This document shows, piece after piece, positions 22,705 through 32,000 of a DNA stretch of 32,000 nt. A program made the translations under genes and the position numbers. Below the pieces are notes generated by a model. It was not told the DNA's origin. It ran no database searches and saw only the letters and a list, made by a program, of their open reading frames with translations. The DNA is from Formosa sp. Hel1_33_131 (GTDB lineage: Bacteria; Bacteroidota; Bacteroidia; Flavobacteriales; Flavobacteriaceae). Position 1 is the first letter of the stretch. Every line of letters starts with the position of its first letter. The stretch spans positions 2,070,001 through 2,102,000 of the forward strand of contig NZ_CP017260.1 of NCBI RefSeq assembly GCF_001735745.1. Reading direction: 5' to 3'.

Positions 22705-23238
22705 TTAAATTGGTTTTGTAATGCGTTGCGCTTCTTTTTCGCGCGTTTTATTTATTTGAAATATTAAATTGGTATGTGATTTAATGAGATTGACTTTTGT
22801 CTGTTCGGCTTCCTTTAAGTCTGTATCCTCCACACTGTAAAGTTCGTGTAATTTACGAGCTAAGGTTTCGGTGACTTTAACACGTGCCAAAATACTGTTT
22901 GTTTTTAAGGATTTAGGGACGCTTTTTTTAATGTCTAAAAACAGTTGATTTATATCTTCAATGGGTTGTTTGAAAAAGATAGGATCGCCATTTTTAAGGT
23001 TTTTTATGGCGGTATCTAAAAGGGGGTAGTTGGGCCAGTCCGAAAATTCTTCGGGCACTGAACTGTTTGAAACAGGAGTATCTTGTTCTGGAGCTTCTTC
23101 TAGCGTATCGAGTACTCTATTAACCTGAGGTAGTGCAGGTGATTTAGCAGGTGCTTCTTTACAGCTTTGAATCCACAGAAGTGCACAAAAGCTTAGAATG
23201 GAATAAAGAACTCTGTTTTTTTTAAATTGTAAAATCAC
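22705..23238 (-). CDS. hypothetical lipoprotein
   Basis: GTG start. The lipobox-like LLWIQSC is present, but no recognisable domain. Confidence 0.55.
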   Translation of the reverse strand: MILQFKKNRVLYSILSFCALLWIQSCKEAPAKSPALPQVNRVLDTLEEAPEQDTPVSNSSVPEEFSDWPNYPLLDTAIKNLKNGDPIFFKQPIEDINQLFLDIKKSVPKSLKTNSILARVKVTETLARKLHELYSVEDTDLKEAEQTKVNLIKSHTNLIFQINKTREKEAQRITKPI

Positions 23239-23480
23239 TACGCTTTGTTAAGGTTTAATATCCATCACAAATATCCAACTAAATAATTGAAATACATAAT
23301 ATGGATATTGAATATAAAATAGCGTTGTAGATTATTTCACAGAAACCCTATCATTTGTGATAGGATTTAAGTAGATTTTTGATAGGCTATTTGTAAAAGA
23401 AGTTGTTCTGGTTTCCTGTTGTCAAAATCAGATAATTTTTCTTTAAAGTTTTTATAAGCACCTTGGTAAGCATCTATTAA

Positions 23481-23526
23481 AAACAAAAAACTCACAACTT
23501 TCTATAAAATAGATTGTTATGAGTTT
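23481..23526 (-). terminator. terminator of tRNA-Phe
   Basis: On the minus strand the stem acucauaac / guugugagu (one G-U pair) is followed by a U-run. Confidence 0.6.
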
Positions 23527-23532
23527 TAAAAG

Positions 23533-23605
23533 TGGTGCCTCCAGGAATCGAACCAGGGACACATGGATTTTCAGTCCATTGCTCTACCAACTGAGCTAAG
23601 GCACC
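23533..23605 (-). tRNA. tRNA-Phe (anticodon GAA), 73 nt, CCA not encoded
   Basis: The reverse complement ggtgcct ta gctcagttggtagagc a atgga ctGAAaa tccat gtgtc cctggttcgattcctgg aggcacc a folds as a cloverleaf. The T stem has one U-U mismatch. Confidence 0.9.
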
Positions 23606-23705
23606 TCCTCGCATAATGCGGTTGCAAATATAACGCAATTTTAATATTCGCAAAGTAAAATTTTATAAAAAATGGTTTTGTAGATTTACAGTCTAAATGA
23701 GAAAG

Positions 23706-24434
23706 ATGAATTTGATAATTGACATTGGAAATACAACAACCAAACTGGCTGTTTTTCAATTAGATAAAATAATAGAGGTTCAAACGATTTCCACTAAAGA
23801 GGTGGTTATGGAGGTTGAAAAATTACTTGAAAAGTTCTCTGAAATCAAACATGGTCTGCTGTCAACGGTAAAAACTATGGACAATTTGGAGGTGGAGACG
23901 CTCCAAAAGTTGCTACCCATCAAAATTTTAGAGGCTTCTTTTAAGGTGCCTTTTAAAAACTGCTACGATACGCCACTCACTTTGGGTGTGGACCGTTTAG
24001 CCCTTATGGCAGCGGTGGTCAAACAGTCTCCTAATAAGAACGTTTTGGTGATCGATGCCGGGAGTTGCATTACCTATGATTTTATGGATGCCGACCAAAA
24101 CTATCTAGGCGGCGCTATTTCACCTGGAGTAGAGATGCGTTATAAATCACTAGAAGCATTTACGTCAAACTTACCATCCCTCCAAAAAACCATCCCCAAT
24201 CAACGCATTGGGAGCTCTACCGAAGCCTCGATTCACTCTGGAGTTGTCCATGGAGTCTTACATGAAATAGAGAGTACTATTAAGGTGTATCAAAATAAAT
24301 ATCCAGATTTAACAGTTATTTTAACAGGCGGAGACACAGATTTCTTGTGTAAGCAATTTAAAATTAGCATATTTGCGAATTCAAATTTTCTTTTAGAAGG
24401 GCTTAATTTTTTACTAGAATTTAATTCAAACTAA
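23706..24434 (+). CDS. coaX: type III pantothenate kinase
   Basis: MNLIIDIGNTTTKLAVF ... TLGVDR ... VIDAGSCITYD ... GGAISPG ... TGG motifs. Confidence 0.9.
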   Translation: MNLIIDIGNTTTKLAVFQLDKIIEVQTISTKEVVMEVEKLLEKFSEIKHGLLSTVKTMDNLEVETLQKLLPIKILEASFKVPFKNCYDTPLTLGVDRLALMAAVVKQSPNKNVLVIDAGSCITYDFMDADQNYLGGAISPGVEMRYKSLEAFTSNLPSLQKTIPNQRIGSSTEASIHSGVVHGVLHEIESTIKVYQNKYPDLTVILTGGDTDFLCKQFKISIFANSNFLLEGLNFLLEFNSN

Positions 24435-25741
24435 TGATAAAAAAGTTTTTAATACTTATAACGGTTGTTTTTTCAAGTCTATCTTTTGCACAACAGGGTT
24501 CAAGTTCTCCTTATTCATTTTATGGCATCGGAAGTTTAAAATTTAAGGGCACAGTAGAAAACCAGTCCATGGGAGGATTAAGCGTGTATTCTGACAGTAT
24601 CCATATCAACCTTCGAAATCCAGCTTCCTTTGCTGGTAAAAATTTAAAGTCTTTTAATAATGAAGCCAAACCTATAAAATATACAATAGGGGGAAGTCAT
24701 TCTGAGGTAAAGCTTTCTAGCGGTTCACAAACTGATAAGTCAAGTACATCTTCGTTGGATTATTTGGCAATAGCCGTTCCGCTTGGGAAATTTGGAGCAG
24801 GATTTGGTGTCTTGCCTCATTCTTCCGTAGGTTATAAATTACAGTCAACGGATGCTGACGATGTTCTTCAATATAAATACAGAGGTGAAGGGGGATTAAA
24901 TAGAGTCTTTTTAGGATTTGGATACCAACTGTCTGAAGATTTTAGATTGGGAGTAGATGCCAGTTATAATTTTGGAAATATAAAAAATACGAATATTGCT
25001 TTTGGGTATAATACACAAGGTGAGTTGTTACAGTATCAGTCAAGAGAACAGAATAGATCAGATTTAGGCGGGCTTACTTACAACTTTGGATTGATCTTCT
25101 CAAAACTCATAAAGCCAAACTTAGAGGTGACCGCTTCGGCAACTTATTCGCCAAGCTCCGAACTGACTTCAGCCAATAGCCGAGCCTATTCAACAATCGT
25201 AATTGATCCTACAACGCAACAAGAATTTACAATTAATATATCAGAAGTTGATTTGTCTGTTTTTAATTTAGAGACCACTAAATTGACATTACCTTCTAAA
25301 ACATCTTTTGGTTTAGGGGTAGGAACCCCCAGAAAATGGTTTGCAGGGGTTGAATACACCTTCCTCAAAGCAAGTCAATTTTCCAATCGACTTCTATCTA
25401 TTGACAATGCAACTTATGAAGATGCCTCCACAATTGCTGTAGGAGGGTTTTATATTCCAAAATTTGATTCTTTTAATCGCTACTGGAAACGGATCGTTTA
25501 CAGAACAGGGATTCGTTTTGAAGATACAGGGTTGCGGATAAATAATGAAGACATCAAAGAGTTTGGCATATCTTTTGGAGTAGGACTTCCAGTTGGACGT
25601 ATATTCTCAAATGCAAATGTTGGTTTTGAGATTGGTACACGCGGAGTTAATACCGCCAATTTAGTGAAAGAAAATTTTGTAAAATTTCAGATGAGCTTAT
25701 CTTTAAACGATCGCTGGTTTGAAAAACGAAAATTTAATTAA
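24434..25741 (+). CDS. putative outer-membrane beta-barrel protein of unknown function
   Basis: Signal peptide, N-terminal SSPYSFYGIGS, an alternating beta-strand-like pattern and an aromatic C-terminal region. Confidence 0.55.
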   Translation: MIKKFLILITVVFSSLSFAQQGSSSPYSFYGIGSLKFKGTVENQSMGGLSVYSDSIHINLRNPASFAGKNLKSFNNEAKPIKYTIGGSHSEVKLSSGSQTDKSSTSSLDYLAIAVPLGKFGAGFGVLPHSSVGYKLQSTDADDVLQYKYRGEGGLNRVFLGFGYQLSEDFRLGVDASYNFGNIKNTNIAFGYNTQGELLQYQSREQNRSDLGGLTYNFGLIFSKLIKPNLEVTASATYSPSSELTSANSRAYSTIVIDPTTQQEFTINISEVDLSVFNLETTKLTLPSKTSFGLGVGTPRKWFAGVEYTFLKASQFSNRLLSIDNATYEDASTIAVGGFYIPKFDSFNRYWKRIVYRTGIRFEDTGLRINNEDIKEFGISFGVGLPVGRIFSNANVGFEIGTRGVNTANLVKENFVKFQMSLSLNDRWFEKRKFN

Positions 25742-25809
25742 TCAAGAATACAACCAAATGGCTTTATAAAATAGCCCAAAGTATCTGAAATAAATATAAA
25801 AACAGCCTA

Positions 25810-27189
25810 ATGAAAACGAAAATCACCCTTTTAATCGCATTCCTTTTTTTAAGCATCACTACAATCTCTGCACAGAACGAGCAGGATATAGAAACCCTTT
25901 CTATTTTTAGTGAATTAGCCAAGTCTAAAAACTACACAGCGGCATACACGCCATGGATGGAAATTAGAAAACGAAATCCAAAATTTAACAAAGCAATTTT
26001 TGTTTATGGAGAACGTATCCTAGATTATAAGATTGACAATTCTGAAGGCGAAGAGAAAATTAGCTTCGTCAACGATATGTTGAAACTTTGGGAAGAGCGT
26101 AAAGCTGTTTTTCCAAACGTCACTCCAACTGGTGCCTACATGGCAAAAGCCTGCCAGATGGAATATGATTACAGAAAAATTTTAAACAAAACAAACGAAG
26201 CGCTTTATACTGGTTTTGACACTGCTTATACGACCGATGCCAAAACGTTTACAAACCCAAAGAGTCTGTACACTTACTTTTCATTGATGGTGGACCTTTA
26301 CGATTCCGAAGCAAAAACGGCACAGCAATTGTTTTCCAAGTACGATGACATTAGCGAAAAAATTGAGTTTGAAGTTAAAAACTATACCAATAAGCGAAAC
26401 GCATATTTAGATGAAGAAGGTGTGGTTAAAGAATTGAGTAAAAAAGACGCACGTAAACTTAAATCGTATGATAGCTATTTAAGAGCTTATGATAAAATTG
26501 CGGGGAGTATTGACACCAAATTGGGTGCCAGAGCCAATTGCGAAAACTTGATTCCATTGTATCAAAGAGATTTTGAAGAATTTAAAAATGACGGAGTTTG
26601 GTTGCAGCGTGCCATGAACAGAATGTATGCAAAAGAATGTAACGACGATCCGTTGTTTGTGAAGATTGTAGAACAAAAAAATGCATTAGAACCAAATGCG
26701 GATACCGCATTTTATTTAGGAATCTTAAAAGACAAAGCAGGAAAGAGCTCAGAAGCTTTGAGTTACTACAACCAAGCTGTTGAGCTGGAATCTGATAACT
26801 TTGAGAAGTCAAGAATCTTATATAAAATCGCTACAAATTTCAAAAAGAAAGGGCGTTACGGTCAGGCAAGAACTTACTTTATGAAAGCCCTAAGAGCAAA
26901 CCCAAGTATGGGAAGAGCCCACCTTGCCATTGCAGCGATGTATGCTAAAAGTGCCAATAATTGTGGAACGGATAATTTTTCAAAAAGAGCTGTCTATTGG
27001 TTAGCCGCTAAAGAAGCTGCGAAAGCAGGACGCATAGACCCAACAATGAAGAAAAATGCTGCAAAATCTATTGCAAATTATGAAGCCAAGGCACCGACAA
27101 AAAGTGAAATATTTTCTTCGGGCCGTGCAAGTCAAGTCATCAAAGTTGGATGTTGGATTCAACGTTCGGTAACGGTACCTTCGCTTTAA
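25810..27189 (+). CDS. TPR-repeat secreted protein
   Basis: Signal peptide, with TPR-like segments (EALSYYNQAVELESDN, GRYGQARTYFMKALRANP). Confidence 0.7.
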   Translation: MKTKITLLIAFLFLSITTISAQNEQDIETLSIFSELAKSKNYTAAYTPWMEIRKRNPKFNKAIFVYGERILDYKIDNSEGEEKISFVNDMLKLWEERKAVFPNVTPTGAYMAKACQMEYDYRKILNKTNEALYTGFDTAYTTDAKTFTNPKSLYTYFSLMVDLYDSEAKTAQQLFSKYDDISEKIEFEVKNYTNKRNAYLDEEGVVKELSKKDARKLKSYDSYLRAYDKIAGSIDTKLGARANCENLIPLYQRDFEEFKNDGVWLQRAMNRMYAKECNDDPLFVKIVEQKNALEPNADTAFYLGILKDKAGKSSEALSYYNQAVELESDNFEKSRILYKIATNFKKKGRYGQARTYFMKALRANPSMGRAHLAIAAMYAKSANNCGTDNFSKRAVYWLAAKEAAKAGRIDPTMKKNAAKSIANYEAKAPTKSEIFSSGRASQVIKVGCWIQRSVTVPSL

Positions 27190-27743
27190 TGAAATTTGAT
27201 TCTAACATACTATTAAAAAATAGCGTTCCACTTGCTGTGGTAGCGATGTTTTTTTCTTGTAACAATACCCTAAAAGAAGTACAGGGGCTTGATATTGCCA
27301 CTTACGCCCCACTGTCGATCGCTCAGGACATCAACACAAAATACACAGACTCAGGCCGCCTCACAGTCATTTTGGTGAGTCCAAAAATGGTCAACTTTAC
27401 AAACCGTGAGTTTCCGTTTTATAAATTTCCAGAGGGCATCGACCTCACTCTTTTTGATGATGACCAAAATAAAAATACGGTAACTTCTGACCATGCGATT
27501 GTGTATGAGAAAACCGATCTAATCGATCTGAAAGGCAATGTGGTTTTGACAACATCCACCAACGATACCCTATTTACAGAACAACTTTTCTACGATCAAA
27601 AAAAGGAATGGCTATTTACCAATCAACCTGTAAAATTCAGAACCAAAGACTATATCACCAACGGAATTGGATTTGATTCCAACAAAAATTTCACCAACGC
27701 GCAAGTCCTTGAAGTGAATGGGCGCATCTTTATTGATGAATAA
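27189..27743 (+). CDS. lptC: LptC-like LPS export periplasmic protein (lipoprotein)
   Basis: The start at MKFDSN... overlaps the upstream stop (TAATG). It has the lipobox FFSCNN. Its size and its position before the CNNM/CBS and ppiD genes match conserved Bacteroidota synteny. Confidence 0.6.
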   Translation: MKFDSNILLKNSVPLAVVAMFFSCNNTLKEVQGLDIATYAPLSIAQDINTKYTDSGRLTVILVSPKMVNFTNREFPFYKFPEGIDLTLFDDDQNKNTVTSDHAIVYEKTDLIDLKGNVVLTTSTNDTLFTEQLFYDQKKEWLFTNQPVKFRTKDYITNGIGFDSNKNFTNAQVLEVNGRIFIDE

Positions 27744-27792
27744 TTCGTATATTTACTCCACTAATTTTGGTCGTTAACTTAACTCTATAAAA

Positions 27793-27984
27793 ATGAAAAT
27801 TCTTTCAATTCTACAGTATCTATATTTAGGGTTTGCTGCCTTGTTTCTTTTTGATGCCATTGACAAATGGAACAACGACCGAAATGCAGCCTATATATCT
27901 TTGTTCTTTTCTGTGTTAGCTGTCGCGATGTTTTTCTTTCGTAAAAAATTTAAGAAGCGATTTCAAGATCGCGGTAAATTGTAG
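27793..27984 (+). CDS. small two-TM membrane protein
   Basis: 63 aa with two hydrophobic segments and a basic tail. It is tightly packed against the next gene. Confidence 0.5.
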   Translation: MKILSILQYLYLGFAALFLFDAIDKWNNDRNAAYISLFFSVLAVAMFFFRKKFKKRFQDRGKL

Positions 27985-27986
27985 TC

Positions 27987-29276
27987 ATGACCGGAGACCT
28001 CTTGATTATTGTTTTTAGTTTGATTTTATCTGCTTTCTTTTCAGGAATGGAAATTGCGTATGTCTCCTCAAACAAAATTCATATTGAAATTGAGAAAAAA
28101 CAAGGGGGGTTACTGTCAACATTATTAACCAAAATCACAGCAAAACCGTCCAAGTTTATAGCAACCATGCTTATTGGAAACAATATAGCCCTTGTGATTT
28201 ATGGATTTTATATGGGAGATATGCTCGTAGAGTGGTTTGCATCCTATTTGCCATCTTCTAGTACACTTATTAACTATCTCTTTACGGAGTTAAGCTTACT
28301 GACGCAAACCGTCATTTCAACCCTTATTATATTGGTGACTGCGGAGTTTCTGCCAAAGGTATTTTTTCAGGTTTATGCCAACTCATTACTAAAGTTATTT
28401 GCGGTTCCTGCGTATCTGTTTTATGTTCTATTTTCTTTTGTATCCGATTTTGTAATATGGATTTCAGATGTCATCCTAAAATATCTATTTAAAACAGAAG
28501 GAGATCAGGTTCAATTAGCATTTACCAAAGTAGAGCTGGGCAATTATATTAGCGAACAAATGGAGTCCGTAGAAGCCCACGATACGATCGATAGTGAAAT
28601 TCAGATTTTTCAAAATGCCCTTGAATTTTCGGAAGTAAAATCCAGAGAGGTCATGGTCCCTCGTACAGAGTTGACTGCCATCGAAATTCATGATTCTATC
28701 AATAATCTTAACGAATTGTTTACCCAAACAGGCCATTCAAAAATACTGGTGTACAAAACAACCATTGACGATATTTTGGGTTACGTTCATTCATTTGATT
28801 TATTTAAAGATCCAAAAAATATAAAATCAATGTTAAGGCCAGTAGAATATGTGCCGGAAACCATGTTCGCAAAAGATGTGTTGAACGTCTTAATTAAAAA
28901 ACGCAAGAGTCTAGCCGTTGTTTTAGATGAATATGGCGGAACTTCGGGGATTATGACTGTGGAAGATGTTATTGAAGAATTAGTTGGTGAAATTGAAGAT
29001 GAGCACGATACGTTCGAGCTTATTGAAGAAAAAACGAATGAGAACACCTACATATTCTCAGCACGGATAGAAGTGGATCATATCAATGAAACCTACAAAC
29101 TTGAACTTCCCGAAAGTGAAAACTACGAAACTCTCGGAGGGTTTATTGTCAATCATACCGAAGAAATACCAGAGAAAAATCAAGAAATTAGAATTGAACA
29201 ATTTCATTTCACCATCAAGGAAGTATCCAATACTAAAATCGAATTAGTACAGCTTGAAATCTTAGAAGAAATTTAA
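27987..29276 (+). CDS. CNNM/DUF21 - CBS pair - CorC_HlyC protein (hemolysin-like; GldE-like)
   Basis: The N-terminal 4-TM DUF21 region, a CBS region (VMVPRTE...) and the C-terminal transporter-associated domain fit this family. Assigning it to true GldE cannot be done from sequence alone. Confidence 0.85.
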   Translation: MTGDLLIIVFSLILSAFFSGMEIAYVSSNKIHIEIEKKQGGLLSTLLTKITAKPSKFIATMLIGNNIALVIYGFYMGDMLVEWFASYLPSSSTLINYLFTELSLLTQTVISTLIILVTAEFLPKVFFQVYANSLLKLFAVPAYLFYVLFSFVSDFVIWISDVILKYLFKTEGDQVQLAFTKVELGNYISEQMESVEAHDTIDSEIQIFQNALEFSEVKSREVMVPRTELTAIEIHDSINNLNELFTQTGHSKILVYKTTIDDILGYVHSFDLFKDPKNIKSMLRPVEYVPETMFAKDVLNVLIKKRKSLAVVLDEYGGTSGIMTVEDVIEELVGEIEDEHDTFELIEEKTNENTYIFSARIEVDHINETYKLELPESENYETLGGFIVNHTEEIPEKNQEIRIEQFHFTIKEVSNTKIELVQLEILEEI

Positions 29277-29375
29277 TTTAACCCCCTTCGTTGAATTATA
29301 TTCTTTTCTCCTTTTATTATTTCAAAGAAATTGGTATTTTCGTCCACTATATTAAAAAAATAACACACACTACAA

Positions 29376-31523
29376 ATGGCAGTTTTAAATAAAATTAGAC
29401 AACGCTCTATATTCTTGATCATTATCATCGCTCTTGCATTATTTTCATTCATTATTGGAGATATATTTCAAAACCTAGGGTCTTCAGGTAAATCGCAAAC
29501 CGTTGTCGCAACGATTAATGGCGAAGACATTGAACGGGATGCATTCATGAATCAAGTTGAAAACATCCAACGCCAGTCTGGTGGTTCTGTATCAAACACC
29601 CAAGCAATGAACCGCGTTTGGGATCAAGAAGTAAGAAACAAAGTCATGCAAACGCAATACGATGCTGTTGGAATCTCCATTGAAAGAGACTATATGCGTC
29701 AATTGTTAAAACAAAACTTAGGATCTTTTGAAGAATTCAAAAATGAAGCTGGTTTATTTGATGAAGACAAGCTCAACGAATTTATTGCAAACCTAAAAGC
29801 CATAGCTCCAGAAACAACCACGCTGAACGGAAGTGCTGTGAACTATAAAGCATGGACTGATTTTGAACAAAGTATTTCTCAAACAGGCGTTCAACAAACG
29901 TATTTTAACCTTGTGAAAGCAGGTGTTATTGGAACCCTTACAGAAGGTGAGTTAGAGTATGTGTTAGAAAATGACAAAGCAGATATTAAATATGTTCAAA
30001 TTCCTTTTACGTCTATTGCAGACAGTTTAGTGTCGGTTAAGAAATCGGAAGTTGCAAGCTATGTCAAAGCAAATCCAAGCAAATACAAGGTTGAAGCTTC
30101 AAGAGATTTAGTCTATGTTCAGTTTAAAGAAGTAGCTTCTTTAGAAGATGAGCAGCAAATCCAAGCGGATTTAACAGCCCTTATTGCTGATAAAGTAGAA
30201 TTTAATGAAGCTGCCAAAGCCAACGAAACAGTGGTAGGCTTTCAAAATACAACAGATGTAAAAGCCTTTGTAAATGCCAATTCATCAGTTAAATATAACG
30301 ATGCATATGTGTTTGCATCTAGCTTTCCAACGACTGTTGCAGATCAAATCACAGGGTTGAAATCAAATGAAGTTTTTGGACCTTATAAAGATGGAGCAGC
30401 GTACAAGTTGTCAAAACAAGTGGCTAAAAAAATGATGTCAGATTCTACGAAAGTTCGTCACATCCTGATTCCATTTGTTGGGACGGTTCGTGCAGATGCC
30501 TCAGTTACCAAAACAGATGCACAAGCAAAAACGACTGCCGATAGTATTTATAAAGTGATTCGTTCTAAACGTTCTAAATTCAAAAATTTACTGTCTTTAT
30601 CATCTGATAAAGTGAGCAACGAAAAAGAAGGCGTTATTGAATTTGCTTATACAGACGCATTTGCAGAAGAATTTAAAGCCTATGCTTTTGAGAACCCTAA
30701 AGGAAGTTTAGGCGTTGTAAAAACAGACTTTGGATATCATATTATTGAAATCTTAGATCAAGGAAAAAAACAAGAAGCATTTAAAATCGCAACGATCGTA
30801 CAAGAGATTGAGCCATCAATTAAAACAATAGATGGCGTCTTTACAGATAAATCTAAATTTGAAATCGCGGTTGCCAATGCGGATTTCAATGAAGTTGCAA
30901 AAGAAAATAACTATACAACATCCCCAGTAAGCAGCATTAAAGAATTGGACGAAACAATTCCAGGTCTTGGTGTTCAGAGAGCTATTGTAAGATGGTCTTT
31001 TGAAGAGGGTGTTGAAGTAGGAGACTTTAAAAGTTTCAATACATCAGGAGGTGGTTTTGTAGTTGCTAAGGTAACAGCTGTCAATGAAGCCGGATTAATG
31101 AGTGTTGAAAAAGCATCCATTACAGCACTTCCAGAAATCAGAAAAGAAAAGAAAGCGGAACTTATCAAAGACCGTATTACTGCAACCACTTTAGAAGCGA
31201 TTGCTTCTGACGAAGGACAGACGGTTAAAACAGCCCTGGCTGTAAACATGAAAAATCCAACGCTTTCAGGAGCAGGAAGAGAGCCTAAAGTCATCGGAAC
31301 GGCTTTTGGTTTAGCAGAAGGAGCCACCTCAAAATTAATCGTTGGTGCCAACGGCGTCTATGCAATTCAATTGACAAAGTTAACACCTGCTGAGCCGTTG
31401 CCAAATTATCAAGCATCTGCAAACCGTGTAGGTCAAGCCAAGTCAAGTGCTGTCAATACACAACTTTACAATGCACTGAAGGAAGCATCTGATATCGAAG
31501 ATAACAGAGCGACGTTTTACTAA
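29376..31523 (+). CDS. ppiD: PpiD/SurA-like periplasmic peptidyl-prolyl isomerase chaperone
   Basis: N-terminal membrane anchor and a parvulin core (VRHILIPF ... DFGYHIIEI). Confidence 0.85.
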   Translation: MAVLNKIRQRSIFLIIIIALALFSFIIGDIFQNLGSSGKSQTVVATINGEDIERDAFMNQVENIQRQSGGSVSNTQAMNRVWDQEVRNKVMQTQYDAVGISIERDYMRQLLKQNLGSFEEFKNEAGLFDEDKLNEFIANLKAIAPETTTLNGSAVNYKAWTDFEQSISQTGVQQTYFNLVKAGVIGTLTEGELEYVLENDKADIKYVQIPFTSIADSLVSVKKSEVASYVKANPSKYKVEASRDLVYVQFKEVASLEDEQQIQADLTALIADKVEFNEAAKANETVVGFQNTTDVKAFVNANSSVKYNDAYVFASSFPTTVADQITGLKSNEVFGPYKDGAAYKLSKQVAKKMMSDSTKVRHILIPFVGTVRADASVTKTDAQAKTTADSIYKVIRSKRSKFKNLLSLSSDKVSNEKEGVIEFAYTDAFAEEFKAYAFENPKGSLGVVKTDFGYHIIEILDQGKKQEAFKIATIVQEIEPSIKTIDGVFTDKSKFEIAVANADFNEVAKENNYTTSPVSSIKELDETIPGLGVQRAIVRWSFEEGVEVGDFKSFNTSGGGFVVAKVTAVNEAGLMSVEKASITALPEIRKEKKAELIKDRITATTLEAIASDEGQTVKTALAVNMKNPTLSGAGREPKVIGTAFGLAEGATSKLIVGANGVYAIQLTKLTPAEPLPNYQASANRVGQAKSSAVNTQLYNALKEASDIEDNRATFY

Positions 31524-31550
31524 GTAGCACATTAAAATACTAGATATAAG

Positions 31551-31577
31551 AGGACTCAGAAATGGGTCCTTTTTTTT
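31551..31577 (+). terminator. rho-independent terminator of ppiD
   Basis: aggactc agaaat gggtcct + T7. Confidence 0.8.
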
Positions 31578-31644
31578 ATGCTTTAAAATCTAGTAGAGAG
31601 TCTAGCCACATAGGTAATTTTTAAGCTGTCTAAAAAGTAGAAAA

Positions 31645-31732
31645 TCTGTCATTCTGGATTTATTTCAGAATCTCAATTTTTTGAAATTTATTTTGTTTTA
31701 GAATCTGAAATAAATTCAGATTGACAAAGCAA
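31645..31732. repeat. second copy of the two-hairpin 'gtcattctg.atttatttcagaatc ... aatctgaa..ttcagattgacaaa' element
   Basis: Same architecture as the inside of 16902-17048, and again placed just after a gene terminator. Confidence 0.8.
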
Positions 31733-32000
31733 CCCCCTTTCCTATAGTCTTAGTTTCGATAGTTAGAAATATTTATTTCTTGGCGAATAGTAATTGAGAA
31801 TACAGAAAAAGCTTAGTTTTTATAAAACCATTTTAGATTCATCTATTAAAATTAGACCCTATTTTTTTGTTATCTCAAAAAATCGTGTAAATTTGATAAC
31901 ATTGGACCCCAAATCTAAATCTTCAATACGCAATTTAACCGAAGTTTTAGATCTAATTTTATTGAAATACGTTTTATAAACTACAGAGGTTTATAGTTGT

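Noticed and set aside
23347-23370. Inverted repeat cctatca tttg tgatagg upstream of the lipoprotein gene, as a possible operator
   Set aside because: It is a single short palindrome in a 290-bp intergenic region with no second copy or adjacent regulator, so the evidence is insufficient.
31794-31979. A 61-aa ORF at the right edge of the window
   Set aside because: It is very AT-rich with a low-complexity translation and no start context or family resemblance. It is probably intergenic.

Overview
The window looks like a chromosomal segment of a Flavobacteriia-type Bacteroidota genome. Evidence: TAnnTTTG -7 promoter boxes, a T9SS C-terminal sorting domain, a FISUMP-domain protein, a lptC / CNNM-CBS hemolysin-like / ppiD gene order, and the typical 'gtcattgcga...' and 'gtcattctgaatttatttcagaatc' palindromic repeats. 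It falls into three parts. (1) 360-11,740 lies between a metG 3' end and a lacI-family gene and is extremely repeat-rich accessory DNA. It holds a parDE toxin-antitoxin pair, a cluster of signal-peptide proteins (unknown protein, fibre-like Ala/Thr/Gly-rich protein, FISUMP protein, TlpA-like thioredoxin, SASA-type esterase) and a small GIY-YIG nuclease gene embedded between two arrays of about 90-bp palindromic units. It also holds about 1.7 kb of strand-asymmetric heptanucleotide (7-bp period) arrays. (2) 12,760-16,120 looks like a mobile-element remnant. It holds a frameshifted rhuM flanked by 90-bp direct repeats, a tail-less SSB, a zinc-ribbon protein preceded by 3 x 91-bp repeats, and 3 x 189-bp tandem units that each look like a small-RNA gene. 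(3) 16,180-31,580 is ordinary core genome: M13 peptidase, BNR/T9SS surface protein, tRNA-Phe, coaX, an outer-membrane protein, a TPR protein, lptC, a CNNM/CBS protein and ppiD. The most interesting signal is a conserved upstream module: three direct repeats CCGTTnnTTAC phased at 20-21 bp, with a -7-like TTTG exactly 38 nt downstream in 6 of 8 copies. It occurs at least 8 times. It precedes one secreted-protein gene and at least six short terminator-ended, non-coding-looking units. This looks like an undescribed activator-dependent sRNA/surface-protein regulon with LytTR/AlgR-like site architecture. All calls come from reading the sequence and the ORF track; no searches were run.
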